Source: Candidatus Saccharimonadota bacterium (GTDB lineage: Bacteria > Patescibacteriota > Saccharimonadia > Saccharimonadales > UBA4665). Taken from it: a DNA stretch of 32,000 nucleotides. Under the pieces are notes generated by a model, which had not been told where the DNA came from, ran no database searches, and worked only from the letters and a program-made list of their open reading frames with translations. The stretch is from assembly GCA_016700375.1 (NCBI GenBank), contig CP065016.1, positions 510,001 to 542,000 of the forward strand. The letters are read 5' to 3'. Position numbers and translations under genes: made by a program. Of this stretch, positions 7,814 to 16,905 are shown piece by piece. How positions within the stretch are numbered: position 1 is the stretch's first letter; every line of letters begins with the position of its first letter.

Positions 7814-8855
7814 TATACTAAGCCCCAATCCCTCCGACACCTCGGTGTGTAGAATTGGGGCATATGTGTATGAAGAAGAACCTAACCCGACATCAAGTTA
7901 TTGCCTATCGTAAACGAGTGTTAACTGAAGCCGATGCGAAAGGCGCGGCAATCGCTGCCCGAATGTTTGGGATCCATCGGGATACTATCTATGCTTGGCG
8001 GATCGAACTGTTCCCGCAGAAGCCTGGACCAAAAGGCAGGGTATCCTGGCAGACGAATGAAGACATTGAGGATTTGGTGCTACAAATCAGGCTGGGACTA
8101 TCCTATGGCCCGAAGCGAATCGTCGATGAGATGAGTGACTCTGGAATATCCATTGGCGAGAAAGCTGTCCGCGGCATTATTGAACGAGCCGACCTCGTAA
8201 AGCACCAGAAACATCCAAAGAAAAAGCCAACGAGACCGTTCTACGCGCCCTATCCAGGCTACCGAGTGCAGATTGACACTAAGGCTGCACCGGTTCGTCC
8301 GGACGAAGATAAACGACGGAGTCGGGACAGCAGTTTACAGCGATAGACATTGTCAGCAAGATCCGGTACCTGGCGGTCAAGGATGGCTTGTCGAATAGCA
8401 ACTCAATCGCCTTTGTGCGTGAAGCCCTGGCGTTCTACGAATCGATTGGTATTACGGTGGAATGTGTCCAGACAGATAACCACTCCACGTTCACCAATTT
8501 GTCTACTGGCGGTAACAAAAAGCGTGACCATGAGCTCAGACGTATCCACCCGTTCACGCAGTACCTGCTCGACCGGGGCATCGAGCACAAGCTATCCCGA
8601 CCGGGTACACCCCAACATAATGGTTTTGTCGAGCGGAGCCATCGGACAGACGAAGAAGAGTTTTACCACGTCACCAAAACGACCGAGCTTGATGTCGTCG
8701 CGTTCAACGAAGCAATGAAACTATGGCAGAACGAATACAATCGCGTGAGACGGCATAGCAGCTGCAATAACCTGCCGCCAATGGAGCACTATGAAGCGGT
8801 ATGGAAAGGAACAGTAACTCATGTCTAAGTGTCTGGACAATTGGGGCTTAGTACA
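7814..8855 (+). mobile_element. IS481-family-like insertion sequence (1042 bp)
   Basis: The ends are TATACTAAGCCCCAAT (7814-7829) and ATTGGGGCTTAGTACA (8840-8855), matching at 15/16 as inverted repeats, with a TGT-type right terminus. A perfect 15-bp direct repeat ACTTGACTAACGTTG flanks the element at 7799-7813 and 8856-8870. Confidence 0.85.
7864..8828 (+). pseudogene. IS481-type integrase-like transposase interrupted by a frameshift
   Basis: The N-terminal HTH part (frame 1) ends at a TAG at 8344-8346. The catalytic part (frame 3: QQFTAIDIVSK..., VQTDNHSTF, GTPQHNGFVERSHRTDEEEF) is open only from 8313. The 31-nt overlap contains no slippery heptamer. Confidence 0.75.
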
Positions 8856-9416
8856 ACTTGACTAACGTTGCCTTCTGCCCGCAATAGTTCTTTCAGCCGC
8901 TCGCGATCAGCGCCAATTCCTTTCGCAATCGCATCTATACGGAACATGCCCATTGGAGATCCCGTATTGCCTTGCCACAGTCTCAAGCCGTCATCGCCGC
9001 TATCGATTGAAGGCAGTCGAAGATGTCTTCTCTCAAATGCAATCCAGCGCTCAGTGTCATTTTCATTTAGTGCTCTTTCGCTCTCTGTTGCAGATGCCAT
9101 CACGATATCACTTGCGACTATTTCGTACACAGCTTGAGAAACCGCGTGTGGTAATACAAAACGGCCCAGCCCTACCTGTGCTGAATCCATAGCTTCACCA
9201 TCGCCAACACCTAGCAGCGTTGATTGTTCAATGCGTAAGCTTCTAAGCGCATCGCGCAGACTTGGCTTCCATCGCTCAGCAGGGTCGGTTGCTCGTTGTT
9301 CGAGTCCATGTAGTTCTGTGCCTACCTGTTCAGGTGTTCGTCCCATACATTCCTTTCAATTAGATATGTGGTCACTATACACCCTCAGTTTTGACCAACC
9401 AAAAGCATGATGGCTC

Positions 9417-10499
9417 TTAGCTTCCTAGGATATTATCAAGGTAGGCGGAAATGAAGGGGGTTAGGTTGCCCGCAAGCACATCGTCTGGGTCGGTGCTGGT
9501 GTATCCGCTGCGGAGGTCTTTGACCTGTTTGTACGGATGCAGCACGTAGCTGCGGATTTGGTTACCCCATGCAGCTTGCTCATTTGGGCCTTTTAGCTCA
9601 CTCACCTTTTCAGCATGCTGCTCTAGCTGGAGCGCAGCGAGCCGTGAACGAAGAATCGTCATAGCAGTTTCTCGGTTTTGTAGCTGTGAGCGTTCGTTTT
9701 GTATAGCAACCACGATTCCTGTTGGCACGTGCGTGACTCGTACGGCCGAGTCGGTAGTGTTGACACTTTGGCCGCCGTGACCACCGCTACGGTAGACATC
9801 TATTTTCAGGTCTTTTTCGTCTAGCTCAACCGCCTCGGGCGTATCAATTTTGGGCATCACTTCTACCTTGGCAAAGCTGGTTTCGCGACTCTCGGCGTTA
9901 AAAGGACTCAACCGTACAAGACGGTGAACACCATGTTCGCTTTTGAGCTTTCCGTAGGCAAACACCCCTGTTATTTCGAGCGTTGCGCTCTTTATTCCAC
10001 CTTCGTCTGCAGGCGCTTCTTCGAGCATAGAAACTGAGTAATTTTGTTGTTCAGCCCAGCGCACGTACATGCGCAGTAACATACCCGCCCAGTCCTGCGC
10101 ATCGCTACCACCCGCACCAGCATGGAGGCTTATAATGACGTCGTGCTCGTCGTATGGACCAGAAAATTTTAGCTCTTCTTTTAGCTCAGCAAAGTCATTT
10201 TCGGCCTGTTTCACCTGGGAAGTCATCTCTATCTCTATTGTTTCATCCCCGGTTTCTAGTAGCTCAATAGCCTCGTCAATACTTTGCCGCAGTTTTTCCC
10301 ACGGCATTATCCGTTTTTCCAGTGTCGCCTGCTCTTTTACTGTCTTCTGCGCAGCCTCAGGCTCATTCCAAAAACTTGGCTCGTTTATTATACCCGTGAG
10401 CGTTGCATAGCGATTTTTCATGACATCAAAGCCAATTCGCATAAGTGCGCTGTGTACGGCATCTTGCAGTGCTTTCGCCGAACGAAGGGATTCTTCCAT
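9417..10499 (-). CDS. prfB: Peptide chain release factor 2
   Basis: SPF tripeptide (RLSPFNA), GGQ motif (SGGHGGQSVNTTDSAVR), 360 aa. The ORF is continuous with no internal frameshift site. Confidence 0.95.
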   Translation of the reverse strand: MEESLRSAKALQDAVHSALMRIGFDVMKNRYATLTGIINEPSFWNEPEAAQKTVKEQATLEKRIMPWEKLRQSIDEAIELLETGDETIEIEMTSQVKQAENDFAELKEELKFSGPYDEHDVIISLHAGAGGSDAQDWAGMLLRMYVRWAEQQNYSVSMLEEAPADEGGIKSATLEITGVFAYGKLKSEHGVHRLVRLSPFNAESRETSFAKVEVMPKIDTPEAVELDEKDLKIDVYRSGGHGGQSVNTTDSAVRVTHVPTGIVVAIQNERSQLQNRETAMTILRSRLAALQLEQHAEKVSELKGPNEQAAWGNQIRSYVLHPYKQVKDLRSGYTSTDPDDVLAGNLTPFISAYLDNILGS

Positions 10500-11792
10500 T
10501 TAAGCCACCTGTTGCCAAAGAACGGCTAGCTGCTTGCTCAAGTCATCTGCAAGCTGTGGCGTAACGCTTCCGTATACACCGAGACCACCGATGTTATCGG
10601 CAAACATTGCCCGGGTCACATCTATAATGTCCTGTTTTGTCACGGCCTGAATACGCTCTGGTACCCCGTAGTAATCTTCGATGTGCTCGTCAAAGAAATA
10701 CCGTCCCGTGTAGCCAGCGGCCGTACTCGAAACTGTCTGTGCGCTTCGCTGGTAACGACCAATCGCATATGCCTGTGCGGCACTAATGTCTGCCTCTGCA
10801 AGCTCTCCCCGAAAAAGGTTACCAAGCTGCTCAATAATGATGTCAAATAGTGCCGGCGCATTCGCTGCGGAAACCTGACTCCCAAACCACAGGTTACTGC
10901 TCAGCTTGATTTGCTGGAACCCGCTGTTCATACCATAGACAAGCCCTCTTTCGCGGGCCGTACCGAGTATTTTAGAGTAGAGTGTTTCGGTGAGCAGCGC
11001 GTTCACTAACCCAAGCGCATCAATCTCTCGCTCTTCAAGCCGGCGAATCATAAACGTGTCGATGTAAAAATACACCGTGTCGACTGTTTCGTTCGGAATA
11101 CACACTGGTTTTTTCAGGCCAGTCACTGCTTCATCTGGCATGATAAATCGCTCGCCACGAGGAAGCTGAATTTCTTCAAGCATTTCCACAATTTTGCGCT
11201 TACGGGCAGGAGTTATATTGCCCGCTATGACAAACCGCATATTATCTGAGGTATGCGTTCGCCGGTAATGTTCACGCACGTCGTCGAGCGTGACGTTGTC
11301 CATAAGCACCAAGCGTTCTCTATCTGTTTCCGAGACAAGGCCATAGGCTTTTCTGCTCGACGCTCCAAGTTGACGGTAGTGATTGTTAGCCCGAGCGGCC
11401 AACTCTTCGCGAACATTACCAAACTCTGCGTCAAATTCCTCCTGCAAAAACAACGGCTTGTCTATGGCGGTGCGCAGCAGTCGTGTTACTCGCTCCCATT
11501 CAAAATCGGCACATTCTAGCTCGTATACAATGTCATATACATCGGTAGAGGCATTGCTGTAGGCACCATTTTTTTCCACTTCTGCCTGAAAATCACGCGC
11601 CCGCGGGAACTCATCATTCGCACCGAGTAATATATGCTCCATGAGGTGTGGCGTTTCCCACTTTGCCCTGTCAACCAAATACTCCCCCGCCCGGAAGTTA
11701 ATATACACATTCATAACGCTTGCATCTGGAACGTGCACCAAAAGACCTTTGGCGCCGTTTTCTAGGGTAATTTCTTCAACTGTGTGCTTCAT
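10500..11792 (-). CDS. M16-family (pitrilysin/insulinase-like) zinc peptidase
   Basis: Inverted zinc motif HxxEH in TPHLMEHILLG. The protein is 430 aa. Its stop TAA abuts the prfB ATG. Confidence 0.8.
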   Translation of the reverse strand: MKHTVEEITLENGAKGLLVHVPDASVMNVYINFRAGEYLVDRAKWETPHLMEHILLGANDEFPRARDFQAEVEKNGAYSNASTDVYDIVYELECADFEWERVTRLLRTAIDKPLFLQEEFDAEFGNVREELAARANNHYRQLGASSRKAYGLVSETDRERLVLMDNVTLDDVREHYRRTHTSDNMRFVIAGNITPARKRKIVEMLEEIQLPRGERFIMPDEAVTGLKKPVCIPNETVDTVYFYIDTFMIRRLEEREIDALGLVNALLTETLYSKILGTARERGLVYGMNSGFQQIKLSSNLWFGSQVSAANAPALFDIIIEQLGNLFRGELAEADISAAQAYAIGRYQRSAQTVSSTAAGYTGRYFFDEHIEDYYGVPERIQAVTKQDIIDVTRAMFADNIGGLGVYGSVTPQLADDLSKQLAVLWQQVA

Positions 11793-11825
11793 ATGTGAAA
11801 GCAGGTGACTGAGACTTATTAACTC

Positions 11826-11846
11826 TGCCCTTTGCCCTCTGCCCTA
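11826..11846 (-). repeat. Solitary GGGCA(A/G)AGGGC-type repeat at the secA/M16 junction
   Basis: The minus strand reads TAGGGCAGAGGGCAAAGGGCA and overlaps the secA stop codon. It is related to the repeats at 29359-29387 and 29751-29777. Confidence 0.6.
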
Positions 11847-14444
11847 TTTCCGTTTCCTCGCTTTTGCCTTGCGCTGACGCTCGCGTTTGTTTGCCTTGGC
11901 GCGTTCTTTCGCAGTGGATTTCACCTGGGATGGCTTTTTCCCCGCTGTAAAGTCCCCCTCATCGAACTGTTTTTCATCGTCTAAAATCTGCCCGGCGTTG
12001 CTTATAGAGCCGCGAGCCGCTCGAGTCAATTCGGTTTCAACCGGACGGTCAAGCTCGTCCATTTCAATTGGTTCTGCGTGGAAGATTGCTCGAACAACAT
12101 CGTGGCGAAGCGCATATTGCATTTGCTCGAAAATCATCTGTCCGCGGCGTCGATACTCAACAAGTGGGTCACGCTGGCCGACACTCATCCAGCCGATGCC
12201 TTCGCGGAGATGATCCATGTTTTCAAGATGCTGCATCCAAAGATTATCTAAGATTTGTAAGTATATGTCGCGCTCAACTCGGCGCATAATTTCAGGGGTG
12301 AAGGCTGTCTCCCGGCCCTTATACAGCTCTTTGGCTTCCTCGACAAGCACCGGTTTTACCGTATCTTGCGTTTTGGAGAAAACACGATCCAGTGCGGCCT
12401 CATCAAGCGGTAGTAGCTCTTGCACGGCTGGCTCAAACTCTTCACTGGCGCGCAGTGGTGAATCTGCAAGCAAAGTAATTTCTTCCTCTATGTAAGCCTT
12501 CACGCGTTTACTGATGTCATCGGCACGCAAAATTTCCTTGCGCATAGCGTAGGTCGCTTTGCGGTGGCGGTTCATGACATCGTCGTACTGCACCACATTT
12601 TTACGCTGGTCAAAGTGAAAGCCCTCAACTTTTTTCTGGGCCGCTTCAAGGCTACGGGTAATCATACGGTTTTCAATCGGCACATCTTCGTCAACCTTCA
12701 GCCGGTCGAGCACTTTGCCAATCCGTTCTGCTCCAAATATGCGCATAAGGTCGTCTTCGGTGCTCACATAAAATTGGGTTGCTCCCGGGTCGCCTTGTCG
12801 GCCGGCGCGACCACGCAGCTGGTTGTCTATGCGACGCGATTCGTGCCGTTCGCTACCAATCACAAACAATCCGCCGAGCTCCTTGACGCCCTTGCCAAGT
12901 ACGATGTCAGTACCGCGACCAGCAATGTTGGTTGCGAGCGTGACGGCCCCTTTTTCGCCAGCTTTGGCCACTATTTTCGCTTCGCGTTCGTTATTTTTTG
13001 CGTTCAGAACCTGATGCGGCACACCCGCTTTGGTTAGCATGCCACCAAGTTTTTCATTCTTTTCTATAGAAACAGTACCAATAAGTACTGGCTGCCCCTT
13101 TTCGTGCAATTCCTTCACCTCACGGACGATTGCCTTAAACTTGGCGGACTCGTTCCGGTAAATACGGTCACTGCGGTCATCACGAATGATTTGGCGGTTA
13201 GACGGAATCTCGACGACATCGAGCTTGTAAATCTGATGAAACTCTTCACTTTCAGTCATGGCCGTACCAGTCATACCGGCTAGCTTATCGTAGAGACGGA
13301 AATAGTTCTGGAACGAAATGGTTGCAAGTGTCATGGACTCTTCCTGCACTTCGACGCCTTCTTTTGCCTCTATAGCCTGGTGAAGCCCCTCGTTGTACCG
13401 ACGCCCCGCCAGCAAGCGACCAGTGAACTCATCGACAATGACAATCTCTCCGTCATTTGTCACCACATAGTCTTTGTCGCGCTTAAACAACGTCTGCGCT
13501 CTCAGTGCCTGCTCTAGGTGATACAGGGTGCGGATGTTATCGCTGCCGTACAGATTTTCTATACCGAGCACTTTCTCAATTTTGTCGACGCCCAGGTCGT
13601 TCAGCACCACTGTTTTCCGCTTTTCGTCAACTTCATAGTGCTTGGCGGTCAGCTGGCGTACCGTTTTTGCAAACTGCGCATAGGCATTGCCTGGCGTGAC
13701 ACTTGGCGCACTAATAATCAGCGGGGTCCGTGCTTCGTCTATAAGTATGGAGTCAACCTCGTCGACAATGGCAAAGTTCAGTTCACGTTGCCGAAGCTGG
13801 TCTGTCTCACGAACCATATTGTCGCGCAGGTAGTCAAAGCCAAATTCGTTGTTGGTGCCGTAGGTTATATCCGCCGCGTAGGCCTCTTGTCGCGTGCATG
13901 GTCTGAGGTGCCGAAAACGCTCATCTTCGTGCTCTTCATTGACGTACTTTGGGTCGAATAAATACGAGTGGTCGGCCTTGATTACTGCGGTCGAAAGACC
14001 GAGAAAATGATACACCTGACCCATCCAGCCGGCGTCGCGCTGCGCAAGGTAATCGTTCACCGTCACCAGGTGCGCGCCTTTGCCGCCGAGCGCGTTCAAA
14101 AACATCGGCGCAGTTGCAACAAGCGTCTTACCTTCACCGGTTTTCATTTCGCTCACATTGCCTTCGTGCAGAACCATACCACCTATAAGCTGTACGTCGT
14201 AATGACGCTGTTTGAGCGTACGCGTCGCGGCCTCACGTACCAGTGCAAATGCGTCGGGCAGTATACCGTCCAGAGATTCTTTCTTAAGCCGTGCGCGCAG
14301 CTTATCTGTCTGCTCACGGAGCTGTTTGTCGGTCATTTTTTCGTACTTCGGCGCGAGCTCATTAATAACCCGCACACGTTTCCTCAGGCGCTTGATAGTT
14401 TTGGCCTGCGGGTCACCCAGAATACGCTTTAAAACTCTATTCAT
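11844..14444 (-). CDS. secA: Preprotein translocase ATPase SecA
   Basis: 866 aa with MKTGEGKTLVAT (Walker A), DEVDSILIDEARTPLIIS and TNIAGRGTDIVLG. Confidence 0.97.
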   Translation of the reverse strand: MNRVLKRILGDPQAKTIKRLRKRVRVINELAPKYEKMTDKQLREQTDKLRARLKKESLDGILPDAFALVREAATRTLKQRHYDVQLIGGMVLHEGNVSEMKTGEGKTLVATAPMFLNALGGKGAHLVTVNDYLAQRDAGWMGQVYHFLGLSTAVIKADHSYLFDPKYVNEEHEDERFRHLRPCTRQEAYAADITYGTNNEFGFDYLRDNMVRETDQLRQRELNFAIVDEVDSILIDEARTPLIISAPSVTPGNAYAQFAKTVRQLTAKHYEVDEKRKTVVLNDLGVDKIEKVLGIENLYGSDNIRTLYHLEQALRAQTLFKRDKDYVVTNDGEIVIVDEFTGRLLAGRRYNEGLHQAIEAKEGVEVQEESMTLATISFQNYFRLYDKLAGMTGTAMTESEEFHQIYKLDVVEIPSNRQIIRDDRSDRIYRNESAKFKAIVREVKELHEKGQPVLIGTVSIEKNEKLGGMLTKAGVPHQVLNAKNNEREAKIVAKAGEKGAVTLATNIAGRGTDIVLGKGVKELGGLFVIGSERHESRRIDNQLRGRAGRQGDPGATQFYVSTEDDLMRIFGAERIGKVLDRLKVDEDVPIENRMITRSLEAAQKKVEGFHFDQRKNVVQYDDVMNRHRKATYAMRKEILRADDISKRVKAYIEEEITLLADSPLRASEEFEPAVQELLPLDEAALDRVFSKTQDTVKPVLVEEAKELYKGRETAFTPEIMRRVERDIYLQILDNLWMQHLENMDHLREGIGWMSVGQRDPLVEYRRRGQMIFEQMQYALRHDVVRAIFHAEPIEMDELDRPVETELTRAARGSISNAGQILDDEKQFDEGDFTAGKKPSQVKSTAKERAKANKRERQRKAKARKRK

Positions 14445-14574
14445 AGACTTTTCTGTACCTCCACATACATCAGTAATTCGTCAAACACTATTGTACCCTG
14501 TTTTTTTTAGGGATGCGAGTGGAAAAAGGAAGTTCTATACGTCTCGCACATTTCCGTCTACAACGCGTACTGTT

Positions 14575-14931
14575 TCAGGCGATAGCTTTTTCTCGTTTTA
14601 GCCGCCGAATTAGGCGGTGTCGTAAACCATATTTGCTATGTTTTCCTTTGTAGTCTGCCAGTTGACGGCGAATTTCAACTACCGCTATGTCAAATGCTGC
14701 ATACATGTGCGTAGTAGTTTCCTTGGCGGCCAACGTGCCATGCGGGAGCTGCAATGCTAAAGTACAGGTTTTATCCTGACCTTTTTTTGCTTCTTTGAAG
14801 TGAACAGCCAGCACCGCCGCTTCGCGAGCCTTGCGCGGAACGTATTTCTCTATATCTTTTATCTTCCCCGCGGCATATTTCTGCAATTTTGGGCTCAGGT
14901 CAAAACCCTCCGCGCTGACGGTGTGAATCAT
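14575..14931 (-). CDS. hpf: Ribosome hibernation factor (HPF/RaiA family, short form)
   Basis: 118 aa with LSPKLQKYAAGKIKDIEKY ... MYAAFDIAVVEIRRQLADYK. A Shine-Dalgarno GAAGGAG lies upstream. Confidence 0.8.
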   Translation of the reverse strand: MIHTVSAEGFDLSPKLQKYAAGKIKDIEKYVPRKAREAAVLAVHFKEAKKGQDKTCTLALQLPHGTLAAKETTTHMYAAFDIAVVEIRRQLADYKGKHSKYGLRHRLIRRLKREKAIA

Positions 14932-14954
14932 GTGACTCCTTCTTTATCTACCGT

Positions 14955-16202
14955 TTATATCTCAGTTCTGCCGCCCATGTACGGGCGTAACACGTTTGGT
15001 ATTTCCAGTGTACCACGTTCTGTTTGGTAATGCTCTATGACAGCAATGAGCGAGCGCGCCAGAGATACGGCCGTGCCATTCAGCGTGTGCAGCACTTCCA
15101 CTTTGCCATCTTTACGTCGAACGCGAATGTTTAGGTTACGCGCCTGAAAATCGGTGCAGTTACTGCAGCTCGTCAGCTCGCGGTACTTTTGGTCTACCGG
15201 CGACCAGTACTCTACATCGTATTTTTTAGCCGCTGGCGCACCCAAGTCACCTGCCGCAATGTTGATAACATGATACGGTATACCAAGCGCTTGCCACAGT
15301 TCTTCCTCTGTAGCTAGTATAAACTCGTGCATGTCCCGACTCTGCTCGGGCGTACAGAAGATGTACATTTCAAGCTTATTGAACTGGTGTACACGGAACA
15401 ACCCCCGCGTATGCTTGCCGTATGTACCTGCCTCACGGCGATAGCATGGGCTATAGCCAACATATTTTAGCGGCAGTTTGTCTTCGTCGATAATTTCGTC
15501 GGCATGGTAGCCTGTAAGCGGTGCTTCAGCTGTGCCGATGAGCGTCAAATCTTCACCCTCTACATAGTATTCGTTACCACTCTCGTCGCCGCGCGGTGAG
15601 AACCCCGCACCCGTCGCCACCCGGCTGCTGACCATGTGCGGCACCGTCATATAGGTAAAGCCCTTTTTGGTTACAAAATCGAGTGCAAACTGGGTAATGG
15701 CGTTTTCAAGCAGTGCCAGGTCGCCCTTCAGGTAGTAAAACTTTGCGCCAGCCACCTTGGCACCCCGCTCAAAATCTACCCAGTCACGCGCAACAGCAAA
15801 GTCCAGGTGGTCTGCTGCGCCTTTGTTCTGCGCCCCAACCTGTTTTATTTCTACACTGTCTTCCTCGCCGCCCAGTGGGACATCATCAAATGTAGGGTTT
15901 GGCACCATTTGCATCTGGGATTGCCATTTTTCCTCTGTAACTTTCAGCTCATTTTCGAGAGTGGCAATTTCATCCTTCAGCTTTTTACCCTGCTCTATTT
16001 GCTCCTGAGAAGGCTTTTGGCCTTTCATAGAATCGGTCAGAGCATTACGTTGAGCCCGCAGCTCCTCAACCGCCGTCAGCTGTGTGCGCCGCTCTTCGTC
16101 TACCTTTAGCAAAGACTGCACGTCAACGTTTTTGTATCCTTTTTCATGCGCCTTGCGTTGCACCAGCTCGGCGTTCTCCCGTATAAATTGTATATCTAGC
16201 AT
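14955..16202 (-). CDS. serS: Seryl-tRNA synthetase
   Basis: N-terminal coiled-coil arm (MLDIQFIRENAELV...) and class II core (GYSPCYRREAG, RVHQFNKLEM, TLNGTAVSLARSLIAVIE). Confidence 0.95.
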   Translation of the reverse strand: MLDIQFIRENAELVQRKAHEKGYKNVDVQSLLKVDEERRTQLTAVEELRAQRNALTDSMKGQKPSQEQIEQGKKLKDEIATLENELKVTEEKWQSQMQMVPNPTFDDVPLGGEEDSVEIKQVGAQNKGAADHLDFAVARDWVDFERGAKVAGAKFYYLKGDLALLENAITQFALDFVTKKGFTYMTVPHMVSSRVATGAGFSPRGDESGNEYYVEGEDLTLIGTAEAPLTGYHADEIIDEDKLPLKYVGYSPCYRREAGTYGKHTRGLFRVHQFNKLEMYIFCTPEQSRDMHEFILATEEELWQALGIPYHVINIAAGDLGAPAAKKYDVEYWSPVDQKYRELTSCSNCTDFQARNLNIRVRRKDGKVEVLHTLNGTAVSLARSLIAVIEHYQTERGTLEIPNVLRPYMGGRTEI

Positions 16203-16208
16203 AAAACT

Positions 16209-16237
16209 AGTATACAGAGTTACGGGTTAAGAGTTAA
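16209..16237 (-). promoter_or_regulatory. Candidate promoter TTAACT-N17-TATACT-N6-ATG for serS (leaderless geometry)
   Basis: The -10 rc is at 16209-16214 and the -35 rc at 16232-16237. There is no Shine-Dalgarno sequence before the ATG at 16202. Confidence 0.45.
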
Positions 16238-16619
16238 GAGCAGCTGGGTTCAAAAAGGCAAATCCGACTTTTCCGTCGTACGCCCGTACGAGTGCCTGGT
16301 CGAGCGTCACAAATACACTCACGCCCGCTCTGAGGGCCACTGCTACTTGAAGTGCGTCTTCAAAGTCTCTGCCCGCTTCATGCTTCCGTGCCCAAACATA
16401 ATCTTCTGGCAACAGTGGAATAAGTCCAGCTGCACCCACAAAATCCGCCAGCACGCTTTCTGCTATACCCACCTTGCGGCCAAAATGCCACACATGGTGC
16501 ACGGTAAGCATACTCATATACACCTTGTCCTGTCCCGACAGATAGGCAATAACCGCCTGCTGTGACACCCGTTCTTCCAGGAGTACCTCGAGAGCGATAT
16601 TCGTATCAATGTACACCAT
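16227..16619 (-). CDS. PIN-domain toxin (VapC-like)
   Basis: Starts MVYIDTNIALEVLL. The ATG at 16619 overlaps the antitoxin stop by 14 nt (ATGGTGTACATTGA). The longer ORF from 16664 is probably an artefact. Confidence 0.75.
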   Translation of the reverse strand: MVYIDTNIALEVLLEERVSQQAVIAYLSGQDKVYMSMLTVHHVWHFGRKVGIAESVLADFVGAAGLIPLLPEDYVWARKHEAGRDFEDALQVAVALRAGVSVFVTLDQALVRAYDGKVGFAFLNPAALNS

Positions 16620-16905
16620 ATTTTTTCGCCATGTCTTGGGTATAGAGCTCCTTGTACGAAACATCCTTGGGCAAACGAGTCAAGCTCGCGGCTGATTGTT
16701 TTCGGGCTTCAGCCCCTGCAGCAAGCATGCGCTCCATCGCACTTGTTGCTTCGTAGGGTGCATCCTTAGTTTTTGAACGTTGCAGCGTTACAATCGGCTC
16801 CGAACGAGAAATAACTGTGTAGCTTCTACCCGCAGCAATATCTCGCAACACGCGGGGTAGATTGCGCCGAACCTCTTGGATTGTAATATACTGTGGACTA
16901 TTCAT
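16606..16905 (-). CDS. Phd/YefM-type antitoxin
   Basis: ITIQEVRRNLPRVLRDIAAGRSYTVISRSEPIVTL is the typical Phd/YefM N-terminal fold signature. The protein is 99 aa. Confidence 0.7.
   Translation of the reverse strand: MNSPQYITIQEVRRNLPRVLRDIAAGRSYTVISRSEPIVTLQRSKTKDAPYEATSAMERMLAAGAEARKQSAASLTRLPKDVSYKELYTQDMAKKYGVH

Larger units (their letters stand above)
6543..9346 (-). pseudogene. Hypothetical 223-codon gene split into three pieces by the IS481-like and IS701-like insertions (segments 9346-8856, 7798-7734, 6658-6543)
   Basis: Removing each IS plus one copy of its target duplication joins the pieces in one open frame: ...LLRAEGNVSQ|VHLARSEEWLFGIATGYHHFFK|VVDPFVMPKHSAYLLDDVLRVYEIGLMQGQVSHSSAEI*. 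As it stands, the ORF 8825..9346 terminates inside the IS481-like end. An upstream TATAGT box and an AAAGGA RBS are intact. Confidence 0.7.

Noticed and set aside
5408-8855. Composite transposon formed by the clustered IS elements
   Set aside because: The three elements have different terminal repeats and transposase families. Two of them have their own target duplications, and no cargo is bracketed by like copies.
9381-9402. Partial resemblance of ACACCCTCAGTTTTGAC to the IS982 terminal repeat ACACCTCAGTTCGAC
   Set aside because: The match needs two indels, has no partner repeat, and lies in the promoter region of the split gene. Chance similarity is the likely explanation.
9417-10499. Programmed +1 frameshift site in prfB
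   Set aside because: I looked for the early in-frame UGA with a CUU-UGA-type shift site. The ORF is continuous from MEESL... for 360 aa, so no recoding is needed. RF2 is present and TGA serves as a stop (for example at lysS, 21051-21053), which argues for the standard code.
12564-14432. Long plus-strand ORFs (157, 147 and 154 aa) antisense to secA
   Set aside because: They lie entirely inside a confidently identified essential gene on the other strand and have no recognisable motifs, RBS or promoter. They are typical shadow ORFs. The same reasoning applies to 4391..4849, 18547..18966, 28826..29386 and 29941..30540.
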